64,000 nucleotides of DNA from Chrysomallon squamiferum (lineage: Eukaryota; Animalia; Mollusca), in the NCBI GenBank assembly GCA_012295275.1, contig CM022671.1, positions 6,386,001-6,450,000 on the forward strand, written 5' to 3'. The notes under the pieces were generated by a model. That model was given only the letters and a program-made list of their open reading frames with translations. It had not been told where the DNA came from and did not search any database. Position numbers and translations under genes: made by a program. Below are positions 37,738 through 52,569 of this stretch, in pieces; the first letter of the stretch is position 1, and each line of letters opens with the position of its first letter.

Positions 37738-39022
37738 CGGGCTGTATATTAGACGTGATAAAGAGAAATGTGATTACATGTCTGTTTGAGCGGTTCGCTA
37801 AGTTTGATCTGACCTCGTCTTCGTCACAAATCAATACAAGCTAGTCAAGTGAACGTTGTTACAGTTGTTATATCAGGGCCACGGTGTGGCTGTTGTTGCT
37901 GCTGTTACCACTGTCTGTGCATGGAAGTATGGAATTACTTGTTTCGTATACAGGATCGATCATTAACTGGATTTTATTTGTGATGATTTGAAGTCTTAGG
38001 TGCAGAACGATCAAGTAGACGTTTTGTCGTCTGCTGCACTTTCACAAAATGGTACGTACGTCTACTGACATGACCAAAATTTGTCTTATTTTTATCTTGA
38101 ATCAAAATCATGCTTTCAAAAACTGTAAAAAAAAAAAAATAAAAAAATAATAATAATAATAATAATAATAAAGGCAATACATTTTTTCACAAACAACACA
38201 GCTGAGATAAACGAAAATTATTAACAATATAAAATAAATAATGTGTGACCAGGATAGTAATTAGCAAATATTTTGAGTTCAAGCTGGATCATGTCATGTA
38301 TAGCTTAGTACTAAATAGTCAATTACACTTAGTTACACAATGCTTTGTTAGAAGTTGTAGTAAGTAAAAGTGTACTTTGACATATGAAAAAACAACAACA
38401 ACCCAGCTAAATTTTAACTTGATAATGTGTACTTGTCCGGACGTGAGTATATATATCTATTTGTATTTATATGCAATGTGCTCATAAACTTGTGTACACA
38501 CACACACATACACACACGCATGAGTGTACACGTTTATATTATGTATACACACATATATATAAACATGCACACACATACACAGATATGCATACATGTACTA
38601 GCATATACATGTTTACTCGCATGTACATCTTTGTGTAAAATTGTGGTAGAATAACTGAAAAGGTCTATCGATCCGATTTCTTAAATCAGTTACGTGTGTA
38701 TCTTCAGTTTCACATCACTGTAAGTAAATGATTTCTGATACATTAAGAAATAATCTGTTTTATAACCACGTGTTGTGAACGATGTACTAAGTTTATTATT
38801 TAACTATACGTAACGTACAGTTATATAGTTTACTCTTTGTATCCAGCGTTCATTAATGGTTTCTGTTAAAATGTTCTATATTTAATTTATCATGTCACGC
38901 TGGGCTGGATTCAGTGATTATTATGTTCAGTACACTACCGCTACTATTTAATCAGTATTTCCAGTTCCATCCACTGGCTCTCTTCAAGTATTTCAAATAT
39001 ATTTTATGTCTGCATATAACTA

Positions 39023-39053
<31 letters not shown>

Positions 39054-39130
39054 GTGTACATGGGAAGGTGCATAGAAAAGATTCTTTATTGCTGATTTTT
39101 TTTTTTTTTTCACTACTGAATAATAATAAT

Positions 39131-39164
<34 letters not shown>

Positions 39165-39529
39165 CGACAACGACAACAACAACAGTCGTGATTTGGTATG
39201 TGTAATAAAGGATGTTTTATATCTGTCATGTTATTAATCAAATCATAAATTATACTTGATATGTAACAAATATATATATATATATTCATTTGTTATCAAA
39301 CAGTCATTCATCTGTCTTGTAATATAGTTGTGTGTGTTTCTCTCACATATTATCAGTACAAATATACCAACACGAAATAAAAAAAAGTCTTAGTATGAAA
39401 ATTTGTTGTGGCGTTAAATAAATGTTCATGTAATTGATAAATAAGTATTTTAAATTTTATTTTATTTTATTTTATTTTATTTTGTTATTTTGTTATTTAT
39501 TTATTTATTTTATTTTTTTTTATTTTTTT

Positions 39530-39564
<35 letters not shown>

Positions 39565-40204
39565 TTGTGCTATCCTTTCACATATTCTCATCAATGACAT
39601 CTAAATCTAAAAATCTATTAAAATCTATTTAGTAACATACTGTGTTGTTTACCTTCACTGCCATCAAACTAAACTCTAATATTAATCATAAACAAACAAA
39701 AACGAATTTAGTCTTTATTTATATAACTACACATCTAAATATTTATTACAGTTTATGTTTTTAATCATATATTCATATTTTCGCAATATATATTATAATA
39801 TTTATTTTCATTATTTATTTATACATGTATATATTCAAATATTTGCTCCTAAATTTAATCACACCAATAATGAGATAATCCAAAATATTTTTAATCAATC
39901 ATTATTCAGCTTCTGTTTATTTTATTTTATTTTTTTTTCAATTTTATTTTTGTTTGTTTATATTTTTTACAAAACAAAGTAAACACGTGAACTAAAAAAA
40001 ATGTTATTTATATTGATTTCACATGCAACATGTAACATGTGCTAACAACAGCTGTGACTACAACGAAGGCAACAAACGTGCTGACAAGGGCTACTCCAAC
40101 CACAACATTGGGAAATCAATTTAAACTTGAAACTGCTTATACAGAATACTGTAACTGATTGGTCACTGGAAATCTTTTATATTCTACTGTCAGACAGCAC
40201 GCAC

Positions 40205-40945
40205 CACTGATCTGTATTAGAGTGTAACTGTTAACAGCAAGATTTCTTTTACCATTTAATGATCTGTATTCTGTATTAGAGTGTAACTGTTAACAGCAAG
40301 ATTTCTTTTACATTTAATACAACACATACATCAGTATTCTGTAGTAGAGTGTAACAGTTAACAGCGAGATTTCTTTTACATTCACTATTTTACAGTTAAT
40401 ACAACACATTAATACAACACACTTCACTGTTCTGTAGTAGAGTGTAGCTGTTAACAGGGAGATTTCTTTTATGTTTAATACGCACACATCACTGTTCTGT
40501 AGTAGAATGTAACTGTTAGCAGCGAGATTTCTTTTACAATCACTATTTTACATTTAACACAACACTCACATCACTGTTCTGTAGTAGAGTGTAACTGATT
40601 ACAACAAGGTTTCTTTTACATTCACTATTTTGACATTTGGTACAACACTCATACCACTGTTCTATATTAGAGTGTAACTGTTAACAGCGAGATTTCTTTT
40701 ACATTCACTATTTTACATTTAATACAACACACATCACTGTTCTGTAGTAGAGTGTAACTGATTACAACAAGATTTCTTTTACATTCACTATTTTACATTT
40801 AATACGCACACATCACTGTTCTGTATTAGAGTGTAACCGTTAACAGCGAGATTTCTTTTACATTCACTATTTTACATTTAATACAACACACATCACTTTT
40901 ATATACTAGTGTGCAACTGATTACAACAAGATTTATTTTACATTC
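40205..40945. repeat. Minisatellite with ~60-80 bp unit (catcactgttctgtagtagagtgtaactgttaacagcgagatttcttttacattcactattttacatttaatacaacac)
   Basis: About 10 contiguous imperfect copies with no unique spacers. Confidence 0.92.
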
Positions 40946-40974
40946 ACCTTCCTATAGATAAAACAAAATATACC

Positions 40975-41260
40975 AGCACATCATAATATTTTTTTACCGA
41001 TTACAGCAAGGGATCTTTTTTTTATTATTAACCTTCTTGTAGATAGGACAACACATTCAACTACTTGATAATGCACTGTAACATACTGCAGCAAATTCGA
41101 TTTTATATTAAACATTTTATGGACGGCGTAATGCATAATACCACTTTCTGACACGACCAAACACATCACAAAGCGATAAATTAATTATGTGGTCGTTTCG
41201 AGATATAGCTCATGTCACTGAGGAGAGTGGATCCCTCGACCCTTCACTTACACACGTCGT
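40975..41260 (-). mobile_element. Degraded SINE of the same family (further remnants at ~43860-44000, ~51370-51580, ~61780-61950)
   Basis: ccgattacagcaagggatctttt...gataggacaacacat and gagatatagctca..gtcactgaggagagtggatcc resemble the recalled SINE consensus; 43930 has gagagaaaggaaacccactgcc...attagcagcaa. Not verified by search. Confidence 0.5.
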
Positions 41261-42583
41261 CGACTGTAAACATGTTTATTACTTACAGACCCATTGTGCA
41301 TTAATGTGGCTTTCTCGGAAACATTAACAAAACGTGCGTTTTCATGTGCCGTGCTTAACAAGCTCGAAGTAATTAACTAACAGAATAACTGGTTTGTTTC
41401 CCGTGGTTTAGAGAAGTCGCCTTTGTTAAATGTATAAAAGATAATCATGTCCATGACATTTAGATATTCCAGTTCAAACGTCAGTAGTTTTTTTTTTTTT
41501 CTCTCTCTCTCTCTGTTTGCCGAGTGCTTAATGTATGAACGTTATTGGACGAGGTTTAGTACATATTCGTTTTATTTTATTATTTTATCTACGTGTAGGA
41601 CTGTTTTTTTAATTTAGGTTATGTGGTTCAGGTATCAGTGGTGGAATATTAGTTTACTATTTTCATGAAATTTTGCTGGAACAGTACATGAGCTGGATTT
41701 TTCTCAAAGTTTAATTTAATGTTTTATTAACCAGGAACTTGCCCTAACCTGCTTGTGTTTTAAGATATAAAAAAAAAATGTATAAAAAAAAAAAAATGTA
41801 TGTATTATTATTATTATTATTATTTTTTATTTCTTTTGTATTTATTTATGTTAAAGTGCACCTGATGTGCAATAAATAAATGGTGTGATAAAATTTTACG
41901 AGGTATTATTTTATTGTTTTGCACACAGTCTGTTATTCACTGACCGTAACAAAGTATGTGTAAAATAATACTCTTACACAACATTTCAACAATGCCATTA
42001 ATTTTTATCCCTTCACAATTCAAGTGTAATCTTAGACCTGTATTTTTTTTACTAATAAAACTGTCAGAACTTCAAAGTCCCCATTCTGCACACGACTGTA
42101 TCACAACTACAGAAAAACGACGACGGCGACATATTTGTTAAAATGTACTCTTTTTGTTTTTATACTTTATTATTAATTAAGGTTGGACAGCAAAAACGTT
42201 TGGATGATTTCTTCGTATCATGAAGTGTGTGTCCAAGTAACTCTGCGCTCGTGAAAATAATTCAAGTTTCCACTAATTGTCCAGTTTCCATTAATTTTCA
42301 GTAATTGATATTTACTACGACAGTTTTCCGAACTGTGATTTGTGTTTAGAGTAATTTGAAAATGTTTAAAACTGTACGAATCTTACATGAGTCACGTAAT
42401 CATTAAAACAGCGTTTAAAATGACGAGTCTGACACACTGTGTCGATGACTCTTATATTTTAACTTCAAGTGAGATGAAAACAAAATGTATTTGTGCCTGA
42501 GATTGATAGACAAAGAGACAGAGACAAACAGACACACAGATAAAAAATATTATGACTGTGTATATTATGTATTGTATTCTACA

Positions 42584-42616
<33 letters not shown>

Positions 42617-42761
42617 CATAATCATAATAATAATAATAAACTCAAATATATATAGATATATAATATATATATATTTTTTCTTTCACAGCTAGAAATAAAT
42701 TTGTGATTTCTACAGTGAGTAAAAGTAATGTGTATTTTCAGAACCAGAGAGATGAGGTGAT

Positions 42762-43784
42762 ATGAGTGTGCAGCCGACGTCCATGTGGTCATGTTTCTTC
42801 TACGTCATCGCCAACATCGCTGGCCTCGTTCTGTACTGGCTGTATGAGCAGGAGCGGATAAAGAAGTCGAGACGAAGCTCGGACATCAGCAGCAGCAGCA
42901 CCGACTTCACCGACGTGGAGATGAAGAAGATCATTCGATACAAACACACGCCGTCCCTCCTCGCTTTTCTGGGAATTCAGTCGCACCACACGTTCTTCGC
43001 TTTTGACGACCACTTCAACACTTTCGACGAAGTCAGCCGAGCTTGCAAGCGAGCTGGGCTCGAGAAATGTGGTCTCATCATCGGCGTGGATTTCAGCGCG
43101 AGCAACGAGTGGCAGGGAAGGAAGACGTTTTCGGGACAGAATCTTCACAAAGTCGTAGCCGGGAGGATCTACAACCCGTACCAGAAGGTCATAGCGATTA
43201 TAGGGAAGACTCTGGAGCCCTTCGACGACGACAACTTAATCCCGGCGTTCGGCTTCGGTGACAGCTCCACTCTCGGATCTGACGTGTTTTCGTTTCTGTC
43301 AAACGGGAGAATGTGTTCTGGATTTTCCGAGGTGCTCGACCGCTACAGCGACATCGCCACCAGAGTCAAACTAGGCGGACCGACAAACTTCGCCCCCGTG
43401 ATTTACAAAGCCGTGGAAATCGTGAAACGGTTGAAGAAGTACCACATTCTGATTATCATCGCCGACGGACAAGTGAACGAAGAGCAGACGACCATCGACG
43501 CCATTGTTGAAGCGTCCAACCATCCTCTCAGTATCATCGTCGTGGGTGTTGGTGACGGACCATGGGACGTGATGGAGGATTTCGATAACTGTTTGCCGCA
43601 GAGGAAGTTCGATAACTTTCAGTTCGTTAATTTCCACGCGGTCACGTCGAAAGCGAGGAATCCACAAACAACGTTTGCTCTCCATGCCCTCATGGAGATC
43701 CCAGATCAGTACAAAACAATTAAAGCTTTAGGCTACCTCAACTATGACGACAGCGTCAGTGACAGCTTACAAAGCTTCGACTGA
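42762..43784 (+). CDS. Copine-family vWA-domain protein (RGLG-like vWA) with an N-terminal transmembrane helix; no C2 or RING domain; single coding exon
   Basis: 340-aa ORF that is GC-rich relative to its flanks. Motifs: FNTFDEVSRACKRAGLE, LIIGVDFSASNEWQG (DxSxS MIDAS), NPYQKVIAIIGKTLEPFDDDNLIPAFGFGD, GPTNFAP, ILIIIADG, PLSIIVVGVGDGPW, RKFDNFQFV, ALMEIPDQY. Hydrophobic segment at residues ~9-29. An in-frame stop lies just upstream of the ATG and a splice acceptor at 42741. Confidence 0.93.
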   Translation: MSVQPTSMWSCFFYVIANIAGLVLYWLYEQERIKKSRRSSDISSSSTDFTDVEMKKIIRYKHTPSLLAFLGIQSHHTFFAFDDHFNTFDEVSRACKRAGLEKCGLIIGVDFSASNEWQGRKTFSGQNLHKVVAGRIYNPYQKVIAIIGKTLEPFDDDNLIPAFGFGDSSTLGSDVFSFLSNGRMCSGFSEVLDRYSDIATRVKLGGPTNFAPVIYKAVEIVKRLKKYHILIIIADGQVNEEQTTIDAIVEASNHPLSIIVVGVGDGPWDVMEDFDNCLPQRKFDNFQFVNFHAVTSKARNPQTTFALHALMEIPDQYKTIKALGYLNYDDSVSDSLQSFD

Positions 43785-44848
43785 GATGAACGAGATTATT
43801 GATATACAAGTATATTTTAAACAGATTTGATTTGAAACAAAAGATACTGTTGAAATTTAAAAAAAAAAGTTTTTAATGTCTACACGTTTTACGTTGGTTA
43901 CTATGTGATTAGTTGTGTCAGGATGAAAGAGAGAAAGGAAACCCACTGCCAGCAGTACACAGCTTTTTGTATTAGCAGCAAATGTCTTGTATACACACCT
44001 AACTAACCAACACGCTTTGTCCAGTCTCATTCGAGGATGTGTATGGAAATTAGAAAACAATATAATATTGACTTCTCCATTTTGAAAACAACACTGAATC
44101 TGTATATTCACATTGTTACATTTTACAATTTTAATTTGTGACGCATCCAAAATGAGTTATGCAATTTTTTTTTTTTTCATGAAATTTAGCTTTAAAATTT
44201 TGCAAACATCTTTAATTTTCTTTTCAGTTGTTATCAAAATTAAGAAATTATTCCTACTGAAAAGAAAATTTTCCTAACAGTTCAGCATGGCTGCCATGGA
44301 GAATTGCATTCTGGGAAATTTGTCTGTGAGAATTACGTCTGAAATACAACTGCGTTAGTGAGTCATCAACAGTCACTGATATTTTTATTTTACCACAGCT
44401 TAGAAATTTAGCAGTTATATACATTTTCTCATAGTGTAAAAAACCTATTTTAATTCAAAAAAAAAAAAAGTATTTTCTTTACTGCTGATTACTTTTGCTG
44501 TTCAGAGGCTGCAGCATTGTAATTCAGTCTGACAGCTACAATTACAAATAGTTTCAGATTCAGAGAAGTCTAACACAATTTACTATGAAGTTCAGTCTTT
44601 CGTTATGACGTCTGATTTGATTCATTGTATAGCTTAATGATTCATTGTATTATAAGTAAATTCGAATTTCCGAAATTGTTTACACAAATATATTTTTGAC
44701 CTTACCAGTCTAAATAAGTCATATTTCTTTCAGTCTGTTGATCAAAATATTGATTTTTCTGTTTCATAACATAAAAGAGCTTTAACTTTCTGGTCTCAAG
44801 TAAAAGACATTTTTTTTCATGACCAACAGCTATAATACTGCTGCAGAC

Positions 44849-45262
44849 AAAACATTTACAGGCTAATTTTTCACAATGAAACCTATACAAGCTAAATTTT
44901 CACAGTGAAACATTTACAAGCTAAATTTTCACACTGAAACATTTACAGGCTAAATTTTCACAATAAGACATTTAAGGCTAATTTTTCACAATAAAACATT
45001 TACAGGCTATTTTTTCACAATAAAACATTTACAGGCTATTTTTTCACAATAAAACATTTACAGGCTATTTTTTCACAATAAAACATTTACAGGCTAATTT
45101 TTCACAATGAAACATTTACAAGCTAATTTTTCACAATGAAACATTTACAAGCTATATTTTCACACTGAAATATTTACAAGCTATATTTCCACAATGGAAC
45201 ATTTGTAGGCTAATTTTTTCACTGTGAAACATTTACAGGCAAATATTTCACAGTGAAACACA
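44849..45262. repeat. 29-bp minisatellite (aaacatttacaggctatttttcacaat)
   Basis: About 14 contiguous copies; the period of 29 is visible at 45003/45032. Confidence 0.95.
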
Positions 45263-45724
45263 TTAACTCTAGCCAGTTTAAATTGTTATTAATCATTCTA
45301 GAACCTGCTGTTAGATTTGTTTAGATTTGTTTAGGCCAGGTTTCAAAGCACCACATTAATCTTCTTCTTTTTACTAATGAAAATGTATGAAATTACAAAC
45401 TTTGTCAGATGCAGTAACCATATTTCATTATCTCACAGAGAAATATTTCTGTTATACTGTGAATAATAATAATAATAATAATAATAATCATAGCAAAGAC
45501 AATTTTAGTAATTATAATGATGATAATGATAAAAAATACAATAATAATGATGACAATTAAAAAAAATAATAACACTTAATTTAATTTTATATGTGTTATA
45601 AATGTTACTGTATTCCAGTATTTAAAATGTATTTAATTATTATTATTATTTTTCATCTGTTATTGTGTAGCTATTGAAAAACATTAGTAAAACAAGACAC
45701 AAACAAATCTTAACATATTACCAT

Positions 45725-45995
45725 TAACATATCTGGTGATATCAGTTGGAAAATAACAACATATGTGGCTATACCAGTTTGAAAAATAACAACATATGTG
45801 GCTATATCAGTTTGAAAATAACAACTTATCTGGCTATACCAGATTCAAAATAATCACATGTGGCTATATCAGATTGAAAAATAACAACTTATGTGGCTAT
45901 TTCTGATTCAAAATAATCACTTATGTGGCTATATCAGATTGAAAAATAATAACTTATGTGGCTATTTCTGATTGAAAAATAACAACTTATGTCGC
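45725..45995. repeat. ~33-35 bp minisatellite (aacttatgtggctatatcagattgaaaaataac)
   Basis: About 8 contiguous imperfect copies. Confidence 0.9.
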
Positions 45996-48900
45996 TCTGA
46001 CAGCTGCTCAGATCATTAGTCTTCTTATTTTTGCTATTTCAGCTTTTATCATTTATTTTTTACTTTTTAAACTGTTGCTTGATACTTTTGTATATTGTAA
46101 ATTTATCTACTTTTATATTTTATTTTCTTACTTTTTGCACAAATTGTATTTTACATATTAAAAATATTACCAGTAACCAACTGTTTAATATTTAAACTAA
46201 AGAAATGTTTGAACTTGTTTATATAATAATTGATTTTTGATGTTTTCAAGTGCCTTAAACAAATTTGTTTTTATTTTCGAGCTGTCAGTTTGTAGTTTTA
46301 CTCTTGTTAATATTACCTTTATAAAACATTGTAAAAATAACACTGCAGTTTGTGAAAGATGCTTATCTGTGTGTTTGTGATAAAATGTAGTGTGATGGGT
46401 TTTTTGTCTCATGTGGATGTGATATATTATACACTTCCATCTGTAATGGACAATTTGAATGTTAATGTAATGGACAATAAGAAGCCAAAAATGGATAACA
46501 ATTGGGGAAGGGGGGTAGCCAGTAGTATATGTACTCAATACTCTGTTAATGAATCTACTCAATAAGATGGGTAATAAATCTACCCAGTAATGTGGGTAAT
46601 GAATCTACACATGTAGGTGGGTTACTAAAGGTGGTTACAGTATGATGCTATGGGTTACAGGGTGTGTTGTGTTTGAGATCTAATCTGAAAAGGTTTGTTT
46701 GTTGATGTGTCACAGTTAAATCTACTTGATGTGTTATTATCAAACAAAATAGATGTGATAAAACTTCACATAAAGACTTAGAAGCTTTATTATAGGTTTG
46801 TCTACATCAACATCAACACTTTTTTTCAATAAATAATTTATTAGCTTTTATAGAAAAAAATATTCCATTTATTAAAAGTTTTATCAGTAAATGACATCAT
46901 TGTATATATGACAGCATTCTTGTTAAAATATGTAATTTAGTATTCATACCATCATATTTTAACACAAATATTAAAATTCAATACATCTTGTGAAATTAAC
47001 ATTTTATAGTCATAATGTTTATTTATTTATTTATTTATTTATTTATGTGTAAAATTTAATAATTATGGATTTTAAAGCATTCTCTGTTTATATCAAAGCC
47101 TAGGTCATTAGATTGAATTCAAAGGGCTATATATGGTTTTGTTAGTTTTTTCTTAATTAAGTATAAAATTAATGTTTGTATTATTACTATTGCAAATAAT
47201 AACAGAAAAAAAATTGAGAGATAATTCTATTAACTTCAGTAATAATTGGTAACATAAAATAAATAGTAATTAGTTTCTCTTACACTTCAAACACAAAAGT
47301 TCACTTTTTACAATCCTTTAAAACAAAATATATGTTTTGAATATTTAAATTTATTTTATTTATTTATTTATTTTGTGTGTCATTACTTACAAATAGTTTG
47401 CCATTAACTTTGAAGTATACACATACTGTAAAAACAAAAATCACCTATGCATAACAAGCATGACAAAAAATCAACATTTAACAGAATTTTCAAAATGTCT
47501 ACCATTTTATCATATTGTAAATAAACCAGCAGTTTAATATACTGTTTGCATTTTTAATGTTTCTTTTTGTTGTTTTTTTATTCCTTTTTATCACTTTTAA
47601 AACCTACTAGATTTTTTAATGTTTCTTAATTTTTAAATTTTTTTTTTTTTTTTTTTTTAAATTACTTTTAAAACTTAATGGATTTAAAAAAAGAAAGTTG
47701 AATGTTTTTTTAATTACATTAATTTTTTCTAATATTTGTGAAGTTTATGTCTTGATCTTGTTTGTTGTTTTAATTATTTCATTTCACATTTAAATTTATA
47801 TTAAACATTTATATGCTGAGTTTTTGTTTTATGTTTTTAAATGTGTTTTGATAAAAATAATTGTTTGACATTATTTATTTAAAAATTTAAATCAGTTCAA
47901 TCTTGTCTTTCAATATTATTTTAACAAAATAATTTAAAAGCACAATGTTCTTAATGAGGTTCGATTTACTTTCTTCCATTTGTTTTTGTTAAAACTTTTT
48001 AATACCTAATGAATCAAAGGTTATTTATTTACTAAAATTCTATTTGATGAATACAAAAATAAAATATAATAAAAAAAAAAAAGAAATTAATTACTATTAA
48101 ATATATTTTATTTACTATTATTTTCAATAATGACACATTGTTTGCATTTTTTTACTATAAATTTTAACAATTACAAAAAAAGGGTATTAAAATAATAACA
48201 CATCCATTTTGTTCTGTACAATGAACCATTATTTTAGAACCACAATCAAAAATCTACAAATAAATAAAAATCTGGACATAAATTTTGACAGTTCCCCAAA
48301 TCATCACAGACTGTACAATAATTACAACTAATAAAATGTTTGACAAAATAATTTGATATCAGATTCAAGAAATTAAAATTTGATTTAGAAACTCACAGTT
48401 ACTAGATGTAATTTTGACAATATGTCAATGAATATTTTTTATTTTTATTTTTTAAATAAAAACAAAATATATGAAATATTTAAGAATTACTTCATTATAT
48501 TATTTAACATTTAAGTATGTATACATTTTATGTTTATATAAAAGCATATAAATCACGGTGTATATATTTTTTTTTTTTTTTGATCTACATAAACTCATTT
48601 TTGTTACAGGCTTATCATTTTCTATGATGTTATAAATGTGTTTCAATAACACTTTAAGGATTAGGTGTCTAGACATATTTATTTTATCTCGTTATCTGAA
48701 AAGAAGCCAAAGAAAAGATGGACAAGTGAAACGTGAAATAATTCCAATCAGGCAGACCCACCACACACACTCACACACACCAAGTCACACATACATATAC
48801 ATTCACATATATACACACATATATCCGCACATACATACATGAATATGCATATACACACATATTATGAACGTTCATACGTGTGCATTCACATACATACATG

Positions 48901-49645
48901 AGACATCTTTCCCTCGGGTTCTTTTGTCAGAGGAGTAAGTTTTAGTGCGTTTGAACTATATTCTGTGTTTAATCACTCCTTTTCTGGCACATACATTAAT
49001 CTTGATCCTTCTTTCAATTCAGAACATGATTAGACGCCTGAAAATCAAATTACGCCATTGCTGCAGGTTCCACAATAATATCACGCTATCATTTTCACGG
49101 ACGCTGACCTCCGCACGTGCTGTGACGTAATTGATATTTATTCGCTTCTGTTGCAGCTTTTGTTAACTCAAATGGAACATTTATTTCTAGTGTTAATTAC
49201 GTCAGACGCGTTCCCGGTTCTAATTTACTCATACCACTTCCTTTCCTAGTTAAGTTAATGATCGATCCGTCGAAAATTCCATAGAAGAGAAAAATCGATA
49301 GATATTTGCCTGAATGATTTACTTCTAACACAGTCTTGTAAGAACTATACTTTCTTTTTCTTTTTTTTTCTTAAACTTTCCTTCCCGACGTATCAAGATT
49401 TATTACGCTGACGGTGGTGTTGGTGTGTGGGGGGAGAATCTGTGTTTTTGTTATTTCACGTAATGATTCGATCGAAATGGATTTTTACTTTAATTTAATT
49501 CTTTTTTTTTTTTTTTTTTTTTATGTTAAAGTATTTGGACAACGGCATCGGTGATTTGTATTACCAATATTAAACGTATCATTTCAATAGTGTAATTATC
49601 GGTAAATTAGAGAAAAATATAGCATAAATGAAAAATTATTATTAT

Positions 49646-49682
<37 letters not shown>

Positions 49683-50114
49683 TTAGTAGTAGTAGTTACT
49701 TTTTTTTTTTCTTTCAGAATGAATAGTATTTAAAAAAAAAAAAAAAAAAAAGAAAAAGAAAAATTAAAATTTAAATCTTGTTAGATTTACATTCAGCCTT
49801 AAAATTTTAAAGACCTGATATGTTGATTGTGGCTATTAAACCTTTTGTGCTGCGTTAAAATTGATTTTCCTCACCATGCTATCGATTTACAGTGGTGCAG
49901 ATGTTCTTAATTTGTACTAAATCATTAGTAACATGCAGAAACTTCTGAGCCTGGAGACGTTTGTTTGAAGATAGAGGATTAGCTGGTTGGAAAATAGTAC
50001 TGTGTTTTATTTATTTATTTATTTATTTATTTATTTTGCTTAAATGCAACAACTTCAAGTCTTTAGGTTGTACACGTTTAGCAGTATTTTGAGTTTTATT
50101 TATTTATTTATTTA

Positions 50115-50169
<55 letters not shown>

Positions 50170-50480
50170 TTAAGTAAAATGCTTATAAAAACGAATTTAT
50201 TATACTTAAATATATTAAAATGTACTGAAAATTGCAGCCGTTGCTCATTTTACAAACACTAAAGCAGTGCTGGTGATGAGTATAAGTTGAATTATTAACT
50301 AATCACACTAGAGTTACCTTTCTTTAAACTGTTAATATAAATAATCAAAAAAAAATAAAGAAAATCTTTTTCTTATCTTCTTTTTTAAAGATTTTTTCCA
50401 ATTTATTCTTTTGTTTCATCTTCAAAATAGAAATTGTCTGCTAATTTTTTCATTAGAAACTAATGGATTTGAAGCTAAAG

Positions 50481-50522
<42 letters not shown>

Positions 50523-51675
50523 TTTTAAGGATAAAGACAAAATATACAAAATTAAAAATGTCCATTCGCATATTCCTGCAAACGATATTTCTTTTAATTT
50601 ACTATCATTGTTGTCATCATCATCATCATTATTATTTTTAAACAAGAAAAAAAGAAATAGAAAGAAAAGCGTGCAATAAAATAATATTTTTTTATCAAAA
50701 ATAATCTTGAATTTTAAAAAAATATTATTTTGTTAACAGTGATCTGTAACCCAGGGTGAAATGCGTCCTGATAAATCAGACGAGTAAAGCAGCCCACTCA
50801 CTGAACAGACAAACGAACTGTACACACTCAGATGCGTCTGACAGAGTTCTGACAAATATCCACTTATCTGCACGCAACATCTTCATCTGAATCAATTACA
50901 TGTTTCCAGCGAGCGTTTGATAAATGGAACCTTGCGTGTGAAACAGCTCTGAGTGAGATTTGTGACGCTGGTGCTAGTCATGTGACACTGGTGCTGGTCA
51001 CGTGGCATGCTAAGTTTTGATCTGCAGCCAGCGATCTCTTTTTAATTATTATTATTAGTAGTGATAAGTAATAGATTTTTTTTTTTTTTTTTTTTTTTTT
51101 TTGTTCTTAATGAAGTTTAATAATAGAGTACAGGGAATAATTTCCTGTAATCAGGTGCTGGATCCAGCTATTTGTTTACTAAGCAAGCACATGATAGTAC
51201 ATCTTACTTTAGAAAAAAGAATTTGTTTACATGTCATAATTACAGTAATGATTTCACAAATACTTCATTACACAGAAGAATGGTAACTAGACCAACAGCA
51301 ACTTACTTTTATTTATATTTCTTTTTGCATAGTGTTTATTTAAATAATAATGAGACGAAAAAGGAAACCCAGGGCCATTATTACGTGGGCTACTCATAAA
51401 TTAGCAAAAAAAAAAGGACGACTTAATATATACCTTCCCTTTAACAGCTAAAACGTACTTTGGCCTTTGATGAAGCGTAGACTGACTGGAAGAATCAGTA
51501 AATATAAAAGTAACCACCAAGGATTGATCCAGAAACCTGTGATGTCTCAAGGTAGCAAACTAATCACAAAGTTACAGGCCATAAAAGCACTTCAAGTCTG
51601 ACAAGATACGGTTTGAAAAAAAAAAAAAAATTCTATTTAAAATTCAACTTAACCTGGATGACAAATAAAATAGTT

Positions 51676-51745
<70 letters not shown>

Positions 51746-52515
51746 ATTAATTCACCAAGTAATTTGTAACTGAATTTATTCGACACTGATACTTCATTTC
51801 TCCCGCAGGCTCATTAATATTCATGAATTAATTACCCACTTGCTCTTAAAACCCAAACCCACAGGCAGGACACCAGAGCACGATGTCTGAATAACAGAAT
51901 ATTTAACAGCTGTAGAATATCACCTGCTATCTACCACACGCAGGTAACCATAGATACGTCAATACATCTATTTAAAATTTAAATTAAAATCACGCTTTAA
52001 AATACATCGCGTGTTTAATAAACAAGTCTCCAACAGTTTTATGTAATTAAAGAAAAGATAACTCTGATAAATAATTGCACAGCAACATGCTGCGTTTTAT
52101 TCACCAATATTCTCTGCATAATATGTAATTTATTTCATGTGTCTAACTACAGAATCATACTAGTTCACCCTCAAAACTATTATATAGATCTACACAAATA
52201 TACTACACTCTTGAAAACACACACAATTACTTTCATTACTACATACCGTCAGCAACAGTTGTATCAAACAGGTATAAGCATACTAGATATTTATTACAAG
52301 TAAACGGAGGAACTTCAGTATACATTTTCTCTCTATAAATCAATTAACTATTTAGACTTTTCGTCAATGCTAAACAAATTTTTTTAAATAATGATGTTTG
52401 GGTGATGTTTAATTGTAAAATGATATTTTGTGATGTTAAAACATTATAAAAACATTTATTTCATTAACTATAAAACCACATCCATTTTAAATCAAGATTG
52501 TCATATAAATTTCTG

Positions 52516-52569
<54 letters not shown>

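Noticed and set aside
40205-40945. Possible CRISPR or structured-RNA array
   Set aside because: Simple imperfect tandem repeat without spacers.
42762-43784. Calling this gene RGLG (E3 ligase) or a specific CPNE
   Set aside because: No RING or C2 domain; orthology cannot be set from sequence reading alone. The overlapping ORFs at 42789-43685 are shadow frames.
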